IMG/VR virus record: IMGVR_UViG_3300027863_000020
Span: 32,001-96,000 of that record
Source: a virus
Direction: 5' to 3' (one strand)
Length of the DNA stretch: 64,000 bases
Shown here in pieces: positions 56,834-64,000 of the stretch. The notes below the pieces were generated by a model. That model did not search any database. It worked only from the letters and a program-made list of their open reading frames with translations, and was not told the origin of the DNA. Position 1 is the stretch's first letter; each line of letters starts with the position of its first letter. Position numbers and translations under genes: made by a program.

Positions 56834-57325
56834 TTACCCCTTCAGATTGATGGAGTAGGTCATCTTGGCGATGTCGAGAACACCAGTCACCACGCCCTTA
56901 CCGACCACTTCAACGATCTTGTTCAAAGTTGAAATCTCTTGGGGATCGACTGCGACAACGATGGATTTCTCATCGGATGTCATGCGAACACGGCTTCCCA
57001 GAGTGGCGGTGATTGCGGACATCACATTGGAAAGAACTTCGCTTTCGTTGATTTCTTCCGTGGTCTCTTCGGATTCATCATCCTTCTTGGGGATTTCTTC
57101 CGATTCGGTAGAAGAAGCATTCGCTTCGGGAGCGGATTCGGGAGCGGATTCGATGACCGTACCAACGGGAAGGTCTCCTTCAACACCGTCTGCTTGGATG
57201 CTTTCGCCTTCCTGTACGGTGTGTGGGGTTTCCAGAGTCTCATTGACGGAAGTGTCCACGGGGGTCACTGTCACGCCAACGGGGACTTCAGGGGTTTCGT
57301 CTGTGATGATCGGGTTCTTTGCCAT
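56834..57325 (-). CDS. Acidic hypothetical protein
   Basis: GAGG RBS; late promoter upstream. Confidence 0.65.
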   Translation of the reverse strand: MAKNPIITDETPEVPVGVTVTPVDTSVNETLETPHTVQEGESIQADGVEGDLPVGTVIESAPESAPEANASSTESEEIPKKDDESEETTEEINESEVLSNVMSAITATLGSRVRMTSDEKSIVVAVDPQEISTLNKIVEVVGKGVVTGVLDIAKMTYSINLKG

Positions 57326-57348
57326 AGTATCCTCTGTGTGGTTTCTTG

Positions 57349-57356
57349 TATTTAGT
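57349..57356 (-). promoter_or_regulatory. Late promoter (ACTAAATA)
   Basis: Reverse-strand match. Confidence 0.55.
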
Positions 57357-57534
57357 TCATCAAAGTATGAAGGTCTTTGTGGTCGGGAATCAGGCTCTTT
57401 GTCTGCTCATCGAACTTCTTTTGATTCTCAATGAGCATATCGGACACACCATCCCAGAAGTCATCGTCTAGCTTCGAGTAGTCCACCGTTGCATCGGATT
57501 CTATCAGGTCGGAAAAATCCGATAGACGGCTCAT
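57352..57534 (-). CDS. Small putative head-internal protein
   Basis: ATGA overlap; N-terminus MSRLSDFSDLIE resembles T4 capsid-targeting sequences. Confidence 0.5.
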   Translation of the reverse strand: MSRLSDFSDLIESDATVDYSKLDDDFWDGVSDMLIENQKKFDEQTKSLIPDHKDLHTLMN

Positions 57535-57872
57535 AATGCTTCCAATTTCTTGATGGCCTTCTGTATTTCTTTGAGACCCTTGGAAGCCTTTTCCTTTGCC
57601 TTGGATACCAGAACCTTGGCTTCGCCCTTGTCCGTCCAACTCCCGATTCCATCAAGGAATGCTTGTGCGCCCTTGAGCGTGTCAATCGCACTAGCGTATT
57701 CCTGATTGATGGAGAAGATAGCTTCGCCCTTTTCACCAATAGGATCGACTGGATCGGATTCGCCATCCATATCATCGGGTTCGAGAGGTGGAGACCCACC
57801 CTCTTCTTCCAAGAGATTGTCCACTTCACGGAACAATCTTCCAATGATCCTATTGTGATTGACGAAGTTCAC
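57531..57872 (-). CDS. Putative head-internal protein
   Basis: Acidic; 'LLEEE' near the N-terminus. Confidence 0.55.
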   Translation of the reverse strand: MNFVNHNRIIGRLFREVDNLLEEEGGSPPLEPDDMDGESDPVDPIGEKGEAIFSINQEYASAIDTLKGAQAFLDGIGSWTDKGEAKVLVSKAKEKASKGLKEIQKAIKKLEAL

Positions 57873-58510
57873 TTGATTACCTCAAAGCAACTTGGAATTG
57901 ACGGGCGTTCCTTGCTCCAACCCTTCTCATATTCCGCAACCACCCCGCCATCGGGGAATTCGTCAATGTCCCATCCATTCCACTTGTAGCGAATCTTCTC
58001 CTGTTTGGAGAACGCAACATCCTTCCAGTAGGCATTGAACATGGATTCGGAAATGGTCTCTTCCGATTCTTCGTTCTTCGGACGGAACTTCGTGGTCATG
58101 GTGTATTCGGTCATGCCACGGGTGTTGAGGAATACGGTCTTGCGAATGCGAGTGTCAATCTCATCATTGGGCTTCAATATGAAACCCTGTACGATCTTTT
58201 CGGTACTGAATTTGGTCTCTTGTTTCACCAAGTCTGGAACCTTCCTCAATTTGAAGGAAAGTTCGTCTTCGATCTCCACACTTTCTTCAAGGACTTCTCC
58301 AAGAAGGTATCCAACCTGTTCCTCAAGGGTGGATTTCAGGCCAAGCATCTTCTTGAGGATTCCCGTGACATAGGCATAGAAAGAATCACCATCGGATTCC
58401 TTGTGGCCTTCATCATTTGCCAATTTCTTGGCTTTGTCCCATAGGCGTTCTACTTCGGCAATGGGCTTACCGCTTTCTTTGGCGAATGATTTGAGTGCGG
58501 GTGTTGGCAT
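57869..58510 (-). CDS. Fusion of a small helical T4-like domain and a CYTH-like domain
   Basis: N-terminal 'EVERLWDKAK...YAYVTGILKKMLG'; C-terminal 'IVQGF..RIRK..YTMTTK..E.E..I..KIRY..WDIDEF..VAEYE'. Confidence 0.6.
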   Translation of the reverse strand: MPTPALKSFAKESGKPIAEVERLWDKAKKLANDEGHKESDGDSFYAYVTGILKKMLGLKSTLEEQVGYLLGEVLEESVEIEDELSFKLRKVPDLVKQETKFSTEKIVQGFILKPNDEIDTRIRKTVFLNTRGMTEYTMTTKFRPKNEESEETISESMFNAYWKDVAFSKQEKIRYKWNGWDIDEFPDGGVVAEYEKGWSKERPSIPSCFEVIK

Positions 58511-58511
58511 A

Positions 58512-58913
58512 TTATTCCTTGAATGAGAGGCGTTCTTTGATGAACGATTTGACCTTCTTGACCATCTTTCCTATGGGCTTCCCGTCAAGAACACCAATGC
58601 TTGCTTCGCACAATTCGTACAGAACATCTTGCTTGTCAATCTTGGCATCGTTGGCCTTCGGATTGCTTCTCAATTTCTCCGATTGGCTTTCGTGAATAGC
58701 CATTCGTTTCTGAATGGCCTTCTTGTCATACTTGGAAGACAACCAGACGATGTAGTCGTTGATGTAGCCTTCGTCCATCTTCAAAAAGTCGGATGGTTCC
58801 TTGTCGGCAAGGATCTCTGCCAATGCGTCCAAGTGGTCTTTATCCTCTTGCATGAGGGAACCACCAAGCAAATGATCTGTCTGTTCTTCGAGAATGCTTG
58901 CCTTCATAACCAC
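58512..58913 (-). CDS. Putative head-internal protein
   Basis: N-terminal 'ILEEQTDHLLGG'. Confidence 0.6.
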   Translation of the reverse strand: MVMKASILEEQTDHLLGGSLMQEDKDHLDALAEILADKEPSDFLKMDEGYINDYIVWLSSKYDKKAIQKRMAIHESQSEKLRSNPKANDAKIDKQDVLYELCEASIGVLDGKPIGKMVKKVKSFIKERLSFKE

Positions 58914-58915
58914 TC

Positions 58916-59974
58916 CTATTTCTTCAATGACTTGTTCTTTCTGCGTTGAGCCATCGTTGCCCGATATTTGGAGAACATCTTGCGCTCGATATTCGGAATC
59001 AGATTGGCTCTGCGTTTGACCATTGCATCAACATCCACCTTTGCGCTCAAGGAAAGATCGTCATACTTTCCACCCTTGGACTTGGCGAACTTGTTTTTCA
59101 AGAATTTGATTGCGGCTTTGTGGACTCTGCTCTTGACCGTCTTCATGTCGGTACGGAAGAACTTGACCTTCCTACGGGCTTTCATCTTGGAGGCCATGCG
59201 CTTCATCCTACGACCCGCTACGAGCTTCCTACGGATCAATTCACCCTTGTTCAAAGGCTTCTTGAAGACCGCTTCTTCGATGACCGCACAAAGCTCCTTG
59301 TCCAACTGGATATTGAACTCATCATTCATCTCTTGCATGAGGGTGAACGATGAAAAGTTCTCCATCTCGAACTTCTGGTATTCGGCCTGTTCCTCAAGGG
59401 TAGGCTCTTCCTCTTCTTCGTCCAGACGGGGATCGTCAATTTCGATCTCTTCGTCCAATCCGTTCATTTCATACGGGGTATCATCAATCTCTTCGTCATC
59501 GTCTGGATCATAGAACAGGTCATCATCGAATTCGGTGGAATCCACTGCGTCATCCGCATCATCGGAATCGTCTGCCAGATTGACAAGGATTTCAGCAACC
59601 TTGTCGGCAACCTTCTCGATGAAGTCTTCATTCGACCAACACCATTCCTTGCCTTCGTCCTGTTCTTTGTACAGTTCGGCATCGGGATCGGCTTCGGTCT
59701 TTTCCTTCTCTTCGGGCAACTGGTCTCCCGCCTGTGGACGCTTTGCGGGGCGAACCCATCCACGCCCATAGACCTTGTAATCGCCCAAGGAATTGGAATC
59801 AATGGCACTGGAACCAGATTGAGCGGGTTCCCCTTCTTCCTTGAGAACCTTCTTGCCTTCTTCCATGATACCCAACCGTGTGCTCTCTTGAATACCCAAG
59901 GCACGATTGATGATGGAAGCAACCTTGGGATGCGGTTGTGCGTTCTGCATGAAAATTGAGGTAGGGGATTTCAT
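58916..59974 (-). CDS. Acidic/basic bipartite protein, prohead core-like
   Basis: Very acidic middle, very basic C-terminus, many LxE sites. Confidence 0.55.
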   Translation of the reverse strand: MKSPTSIFMQNAQPHPKVASIINRALGIQESTRLGIMEEGKKVLKEEGEPAQSGSSAIDSNSLGDYKVYGRGWVRPAKRPQAGDQLPEEKEKTEADPDAELYKEQDEGKEWCWSNEDFIEKVADKVAEILVNLADDSDDADDAVDSTEFDDDLFYDPDDDEEIDDTPYEMNGLDEEIEIDDPRLDEEEEEPTLEEQAEYQKFEMENFSSFTLMQEMNDEFNIQLDKELCAVIEEAVFKKPLNKGELIRRKLVAGRRMKRMASKMKARRKVKFFRTDMKTVKSRVHKAAIKFLKNKFAKSKGGKYDDLSLSAKVDVDAMVKRRANLIPNIERKMFSKYRATMAQRRKNKSLKK

Positions 59975-59982
59975 AGAAGCTC

Positions 59983-60384
59983 CTAGAACTTGATCTTGTG
60001 GGAAATGAACCAGTCTGCGACCTCTGCTTTCTTGACGATGGTGAGTTTTCCATTCGTCAATTGGGAAAGGGTCTGTGTCGGGTCACAATCAATCATATCC
60101 CACTCACGGAGTAGCTTCGCAACAAAGCCAAGCCTATCCTTGTCATCCTGTGAGAGATTATCGTATGCGTTCTTGTAAGTGAGTAGGAACCATTCCTTGA
60201 AATGGATAAGGAAGAATTTGGTCTTCCCCTCAATTTCGGTATGGTACAGGTACACACTTGGGGCAAGGGCTTTCTGATAGACCTTGTTCACAACTTCGGG
60301 TGCGGGGGGACGAACCTTGACACCGATTCGGTTCAGAGTTTCACGCACCACATTGGGTTTCACTTTCAAAGATATTTCGATCAT
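59983..60384 (-). CDS. regA: Translational repressor RegA
   Basis: 'MIEISL..VRETLNRIGV', 'IHFKE', 'D..R...AKLLREW', 'W...HK'. Confidence 0.88.
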   Translation of the reverse strand: MIEISLKVKPNVVRETLNRIGVKVRPPAPEVVNKVYQKALAPSVYLYHTEIEGKTKFFLIHFKEWFLLTYKNAYDNLSQDDKDRLGFVAKLLREWDMIDCDPTQTLSQLTNGKLTIVKKAEVADWFISHKIKF

Positions 60385-60406
60385 ATAGTTTCCTGTCCTT
60401 ATACTC

Positions 60407-60414
60407 TATTTATG
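60407..60414 (-). promoter_or_regulatory. Late promoter (CATAAATA)
   Basis: GCATAAATAG on the minus strand upstream of regA. Confidence 0.7.
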
Positions 60415-60416
60415 CG

Positions 60417-61307
60417 TCATGCTTTGGATAGGTCTAGGACTGGTGGATTTTTGGATGGTTTGGTTTTTACCAACTTCGTGAACTTCGCAAGACGCTTGAA
60501 TGCCTCTTCATTGTTCACCGTCAATCCGATTTCCTTGGCGGTTTCATTGTTCAAGAAGTCGGTGAAGTTGGTCAGGTCTGATTGACCGAATACTACGATG
60601 AGGGGGTATTTGTCGGAAAGACCAGTGATGGTCAATGATGCTCCCCCTGCGTTGTTGATCCCAATACAGGCTTCGGCCTTGATTTCGGAATTGAACGCAA
60701 CCACCACCGATTTGCTTCCTTCAAAAAGGGTTGCGAAATTCGGGAAGGTATCACGGTAATTTTCGGAATAAGTCAGGAATACGCTGTCTGCCTTGATGCG
60801 ACCGCCTTCTGCGAATGAAAATGCGGTATCCATGCCAACGAAGTTCTTTACCCGTATTCCCGCCTTGATTGATGTGAGTCTGTGGGAGACAACGGTTCCA
60901 TTCCAATCAAGGCCATCTAGCATACACCCGAATAGGGAAATGCGCCCATTGATGCTACCACCGATGAAATGGGCGTTTGCGAACACCATGTCCTTTTCAT
61001 ACTGGTTGTTCTTCAGTATCAATCGGGAATAGAGACTGGTGTTTCCCACCGAAGTAGTCGTGCTTTCCATGTTGAGGGCATCGGCATACGAATGGATCGA
61101 ATGTGATGCGGTCTGCGATAACTTCCCGTCCTTAATTTCACCAATGAATGCGCCATTCTTCTTGTAAACATTGGTGACACCATTTCCGCTTACTCCATCA
61201 AGCCCTTTCCAGAGTTCCACCCATTTGGCATCGGGATAGAAATACTTGACAACGGTATTCTTGGTCGTACCTGTCTTTTCGTAGTATCGCTTCAAAACGC
61301 TAATCAT
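60417..61307 (-). CDS. Hypothetical protein, possibly a short member of the beta-solenoid family
   Basis: 'FANAHF', 'LFGC'; C-terminal 'KRLAKFTKLV'. Confidence 0.55.
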   Translation of the reverse strand: MISVLKRYYEKTGTTKNTVVKYFYPDAKWVELWKGLDGVSGNGVTNVYKKNGAFIGEIKDGKLSQTASHSIHSYADALNMESTTTSVGNTSLYSRLILKNNQYEKDMVFANAHFIGGSINGRISLFGCMLDGLDWNGTVVSHRLTSIKAGIRVKNFVGMDTAFSFAEGGRIKADSVFLTYSENYRDTFPNFATLFEGSKSVVVAFNSEIKAEACIGINNAGGASLTITGLSDKYPLIVVFGQSDLTNFTDFLNNETAKEIGLTVNNEEAFKRLAKFTKLVKTKPSKNPPVLDLSKA

Positions 61308-61897
61308 ATCGCATCCACCTCTGTTCGAGCACCTTCCCATTCGCTAGGATGTGCTTTGTCATCGCTCGATTGACCATCATTGACACCGATGTAGTCGAAC
61401 TCCAAATCTTGTGCGGTCAATGAAATGGTGAAGTCGAGTTCTTCGGAAGTACCCGATACCATCGTCAAGGAAGAGATTGAAGTAAGACATACATCCAACA
61501 ATCGGATTCGGAGTCGTTCCCGCTTCTGCGTATCAAGCAACCAAGCGGTGCAATGCGTGATGAAGTTCATGTACGGAGCGGGAACACCGTTCCGATTCTC
61601 CACGCTTCCACGCCTTAATTGATACCACCATTTCATAAACCACCAATAGTTCTCGAATCCTTCGGAGACCTTCATGGTGATCGTGAATGGAAACAATCCC
61701 TGATTTCGGTTGGGATTCATGTTCATCATTTCTCTTCCCGCAAAGAACGAACTGATATTGTCCACGGTCATATCGGGAAGAGTGAAGGTTGTGATGTACT
61801 GATCGAACAATCGAAGATCGACCTTCTCACCTTCTGCACTAGGCATATCACCAATGGCAAAACGCCATTTGTCCGCTTTGGCTACATTCGGTATCAT
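61304..61897 (-). CDS. gp3: Tail completion/sheath stabiliser
   Basis: 'KWRF', 'TLPD', 'FTITMKVSEGFENYWWFMKW'; AAGGAG RBS then ATG 61897. Confidence 0.75.
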   Translation of the reverse strand: MIPNVAKADKWRFAIGDMPSAEGEKVDLRLFDQYITTFTLPDMTVDNISSFFAGREMMNMNPNRNQGLFPFTITMKVSEGFENYWWFMKWWYQLRRGSVENRNGVPAPYMNFITHCTAWLLDTQKRERLRIRLLDVCLTSISSLTMVSGTSEELDFTISLTAQDLEFDYIGVNDGQSSDDKAHPSEWEGARTEVDAI

Positions 61898-61898
61898 A

Positions 61899-63098
61899 TC
61901 ACTCCTTGAACATTGAAATGTCGGATTCTTCCATAGCCAGTCCACGCTCCATTCCACCACGCATGAGCACCAAATACATGAGGTGCCCAATAGGATGTTC
62001 GTGGTGATGGACTATTCCACCGATGATGTAGTTTCCACCATAGATTCCATCCATAGCAGACTTTTCGCCACGGTTCATAAACTCAAATTCGAGCTTGACC
62101 AGTTTCCCCAATTGATAGTCCTTGTGTGGTTTCACGCACACGATGGCACTTGCGGATGCGAAGTCGAGTTTCTTCTTCTCATTGAAGACTTCGCTTGCCA
62201 TGATATTGTCATGTCCGCTAGGGGTCTTTTCGGTCTCGATAATCTTGTTCGATTGACCATTCAATTCTTTACGCATTTGATGGAATTCGGCAAGAGTTCC
62301 AACGATCTGCGAATTGACGATGGTTTCGTATTTTCCCCAATCATAAGAGAAATCGGTTATCCCATATCCACCTGTCATATTGTGGAGGGATGTGATTGAT
62401 TTGTAGGTGAATCCAACGAAGGGGTAGAACTTGTTTTCTGGTTTCAGATCATTCGGCTCGATGTCTTCGGCATAGGCTTCTGGAAAATGACGGAGGATCA
62501 TCGGAGCGTCTGCTTCGATTGTCTTCAGGCTAGTAACCACCAATTTGCTATCCCGATTGGTGAACGCAAGCATCAAGTCATCATCCGCAACATGGGAGTG
62601 TCTGGATAAGTGCTTCAGGAAATCAAGTGTCGTTCCTGATTGGAGCCAAGTCATCGAATCGTTGGAATTGACGGAAATCTTCGGCTTGAACGACAACTCA
62701 CCCGCCAACTGTTCAAAGACCTTGGAGCTTGTTTTGTTCGGAAATGAACGGAACCTATGTGGGTGATTGAGATTGGTACAGGCAAGGATACCAACCAATT
62801 GATGATCGGTTGCTTCTTGCTGTTTGTCCGTGATGTGTGCCTTCAATTTGAAGTATGCTTTCACGGGAAGTTCACGGACTTCGGGAGGGCGACCACCTAG
62901 CTCAATTTCAATGATGTCATCTTCTTGAAGATTGATACCACCAAAGAATTCTTCGGTCGATCTGAAATTGATGGAAATGGTAGGGATGAAATCGAACACC
63001 CATTCACGGATGGTTATGTCCCTGATATTGACATACAGGATAGGAATACCCGCAATGGATAATCTGCAATGGGGCAATCTGGTATCAAATTCACTCAT
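61899..63098 (-). CDS. Baseplate hub-like protein (gp27/phage late control D type)
   Basis: About 400 aa; 'LGKLVKL...GNYIIGGIVH'; follows gp53. Confidence 0.6.
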   Translation of the reverse strand: MSEFDTRLPHCRLSIAGIPILYVNIRDITIREWVFDFIPTISINFRSTEEFFGGINLQEDDIIEIELGGRPPEVRELPVKAYFKLKAHITDKQQEATDHQLVGILACTNLNHPHRFRSFPNKTSSKVFEQLAGELSFKPKISVNSNDSMTWLQSGTTLDFLKHLSRHSHVADDDLMLAFTNRDSKLVVTSLKTIEADAPMILRHFPEAYAEDIEPNDLKPENKFYPFVGFTYKSITSLHNMTGGYGITDFSYDWGKYETIVNSQIVGTLAEFHQMRKELNGQSNKIIETEKTPSGHDNIMASEVFNEKKKLDFASASAIVCVKPHKDYQLGKLVKLEFEFMNRGEKSAMDGIYGGNYIIGGIVHHHEHPIGHLMYLVLMRGGMERGLAMEESDISMFKE

Positions 63099-63415
63099 AC
63101 ATCAAGTCCTTTTCTGCGAATCGCCTTGACATACCACCGTTCCATTTCGTTCTTCGGAGGGCATTTCAAGATGATTCCCGCTTTCAAATCATTCCAGACA
63201 TCGGAGATGGAATTGAACTTCATCAATATCCACCAGAAGCGATCATCCCCATACAGGGCATATGCGATAAGGTCGGGTCTTCCAACCTGTACCGATGTGA
63301 CGGTATGCGGGGTTGTCTTTCCCTTGTACACGAAATCTTCAAAGCCAGTCTGTAATAGGTCGAGTTCTCCACGCCCATTGACTGCTTCGGTTTTGATTAC
63401 TTTGGAACGCAACAT
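63095..63415 (-). CDS. gp53: Baseplate wedge LysM-like protein
   Basis: 'RPDLIAYALYGDDRFWWILMKFN'. Confidence 0.85.
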   Translation of the reverse strand: MLRSKVIKTEAVNGRGELDLLQTGFEDFVYKGKTTPHTVTSVQVGRPDLIAYALYGDDRFWWILMKFNSISDVWNDLKAGIILKCPPKNEMERWYVKAIRRKGLDV

Positions 63416-64000
63416 TATTCTTCCCCTTCAACGATTGTCACTCTCGATCCCCCGACTGGATACGACTCATAGGTGACGGGTTCGACTGTCTCGAAGGTGA
63501 TTGTGAATGTGGCATACATAGGACCGGCTGTTGTCATTTCTTTCGAGAATGTCGCACCGAACGACTGGATAAAGACCTTCATTGACGCAACGGGGGATGC
63601 TCCCTGTGTTTGGGCATACCGACCGATTCGGATATGGATTGGATCGGGAGCCTTGACCGCATTTCGAGCCAATGCACCCTGCATGGCCTCATCGTCAATC
63701 AGACCACCCGCACCCGCCACGGAAGCAATAGCTGTACCCGCAACCGCCATAACCGCATTCTTCAGGCTGTCCTTGAGGGAACCACCACTGGAAAGACTAG
63801 CCAACCCTGCCGCAAGCCCCGAATTCAGCATTTCCGAATCGGACAATGCCTTGGGAAGAGCGATGGACTTGAGCATTTCCCAACGATCCCACACCACACC
63901 AGTACCATCCCAATCCACGATGGTCACATTGGCATTCCAATTGAAGTAGCTTGCTTTGTCAAAGACCTTCTTTGCGGACAATCCGAACCCTTTGCCAGAA
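63415..64000 (-). CDS. Baseplate/tube initiator-like protein, 5'-partial
   Basis: Frame open to the window end; 'IHIRIG...FIQSFGATFS...PMYATFTITFET'. Confidence 0.55.
   Translation of the reverse strand, partial: SGKGFGLSAKKVFDKASYFNWNANVTIVDWDGTGVVWDRWEMLKSIALPKALSDSEMLNSGLAAGLASLSSGGSLKDSLKNAVMAVAGTAIASVAGAGGLIDDEAMQGALARNAVKAPDPIHIRIGRYAQTQGASPVASMKVFIQSFGATFSKEMTTAGPMYATFTITFETVEPVTYESYPVGGSRVTIVEGEE

Noticed and set aside
1-64000. Stop-codon reassignment
   Set aside because: Core genes are intact in code 11 and TAA, TGA and TAG all end genes; only one isolated internal TAA.
1-64000. tRNA, rRNA or CRISPR arrays
   Set aside because: Intergenic gaps are short; no cloverleaf or repeat-spacer pattern was seen.

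Overview
This 64 kb window is a fragment of a large T4-like contractile-tailed phage genome; no tRNA, rRNA or CRISPR array was seen. The + strand from 1 to about 30 kb holds morphogenesis genes: tail fibre-like genes, gp2, gp20 portal, gp21, gp22, gp23 capsid, gp13/14/15, gp16, gp17, gp18 sheath, a large HExxH-VWA protein with a tandem AAA+ ATPase, gp19 tube and a paralog, and an amidase. From 30 to 45 kb lies an array of about 7 divergent beta-solenoid paralogs, one broken by a single TAA. From 45 to 55 kb are small early-type genes behind sigma70-like promoters that share an operator-like box. The - strand from 55 to 64 kb holds baseplate genes, gp3, regA and a cluster of probable head-internal proteins with a shared peptide motif. 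The main finding is in the large terminase. It carries a 390-aa intein whose HNH/NUMOD3 homing endonuclease is encoded in the +1 frame, inserted between splicing blocks A and B, while the intein frame stays stop-free. Other notable signals are systematic leaderless promoter geometry and a strongly over-represented heptamer, CGTCAAT/ATTGACG. All family assignments come from recognising motifs by eye; no searches were run.
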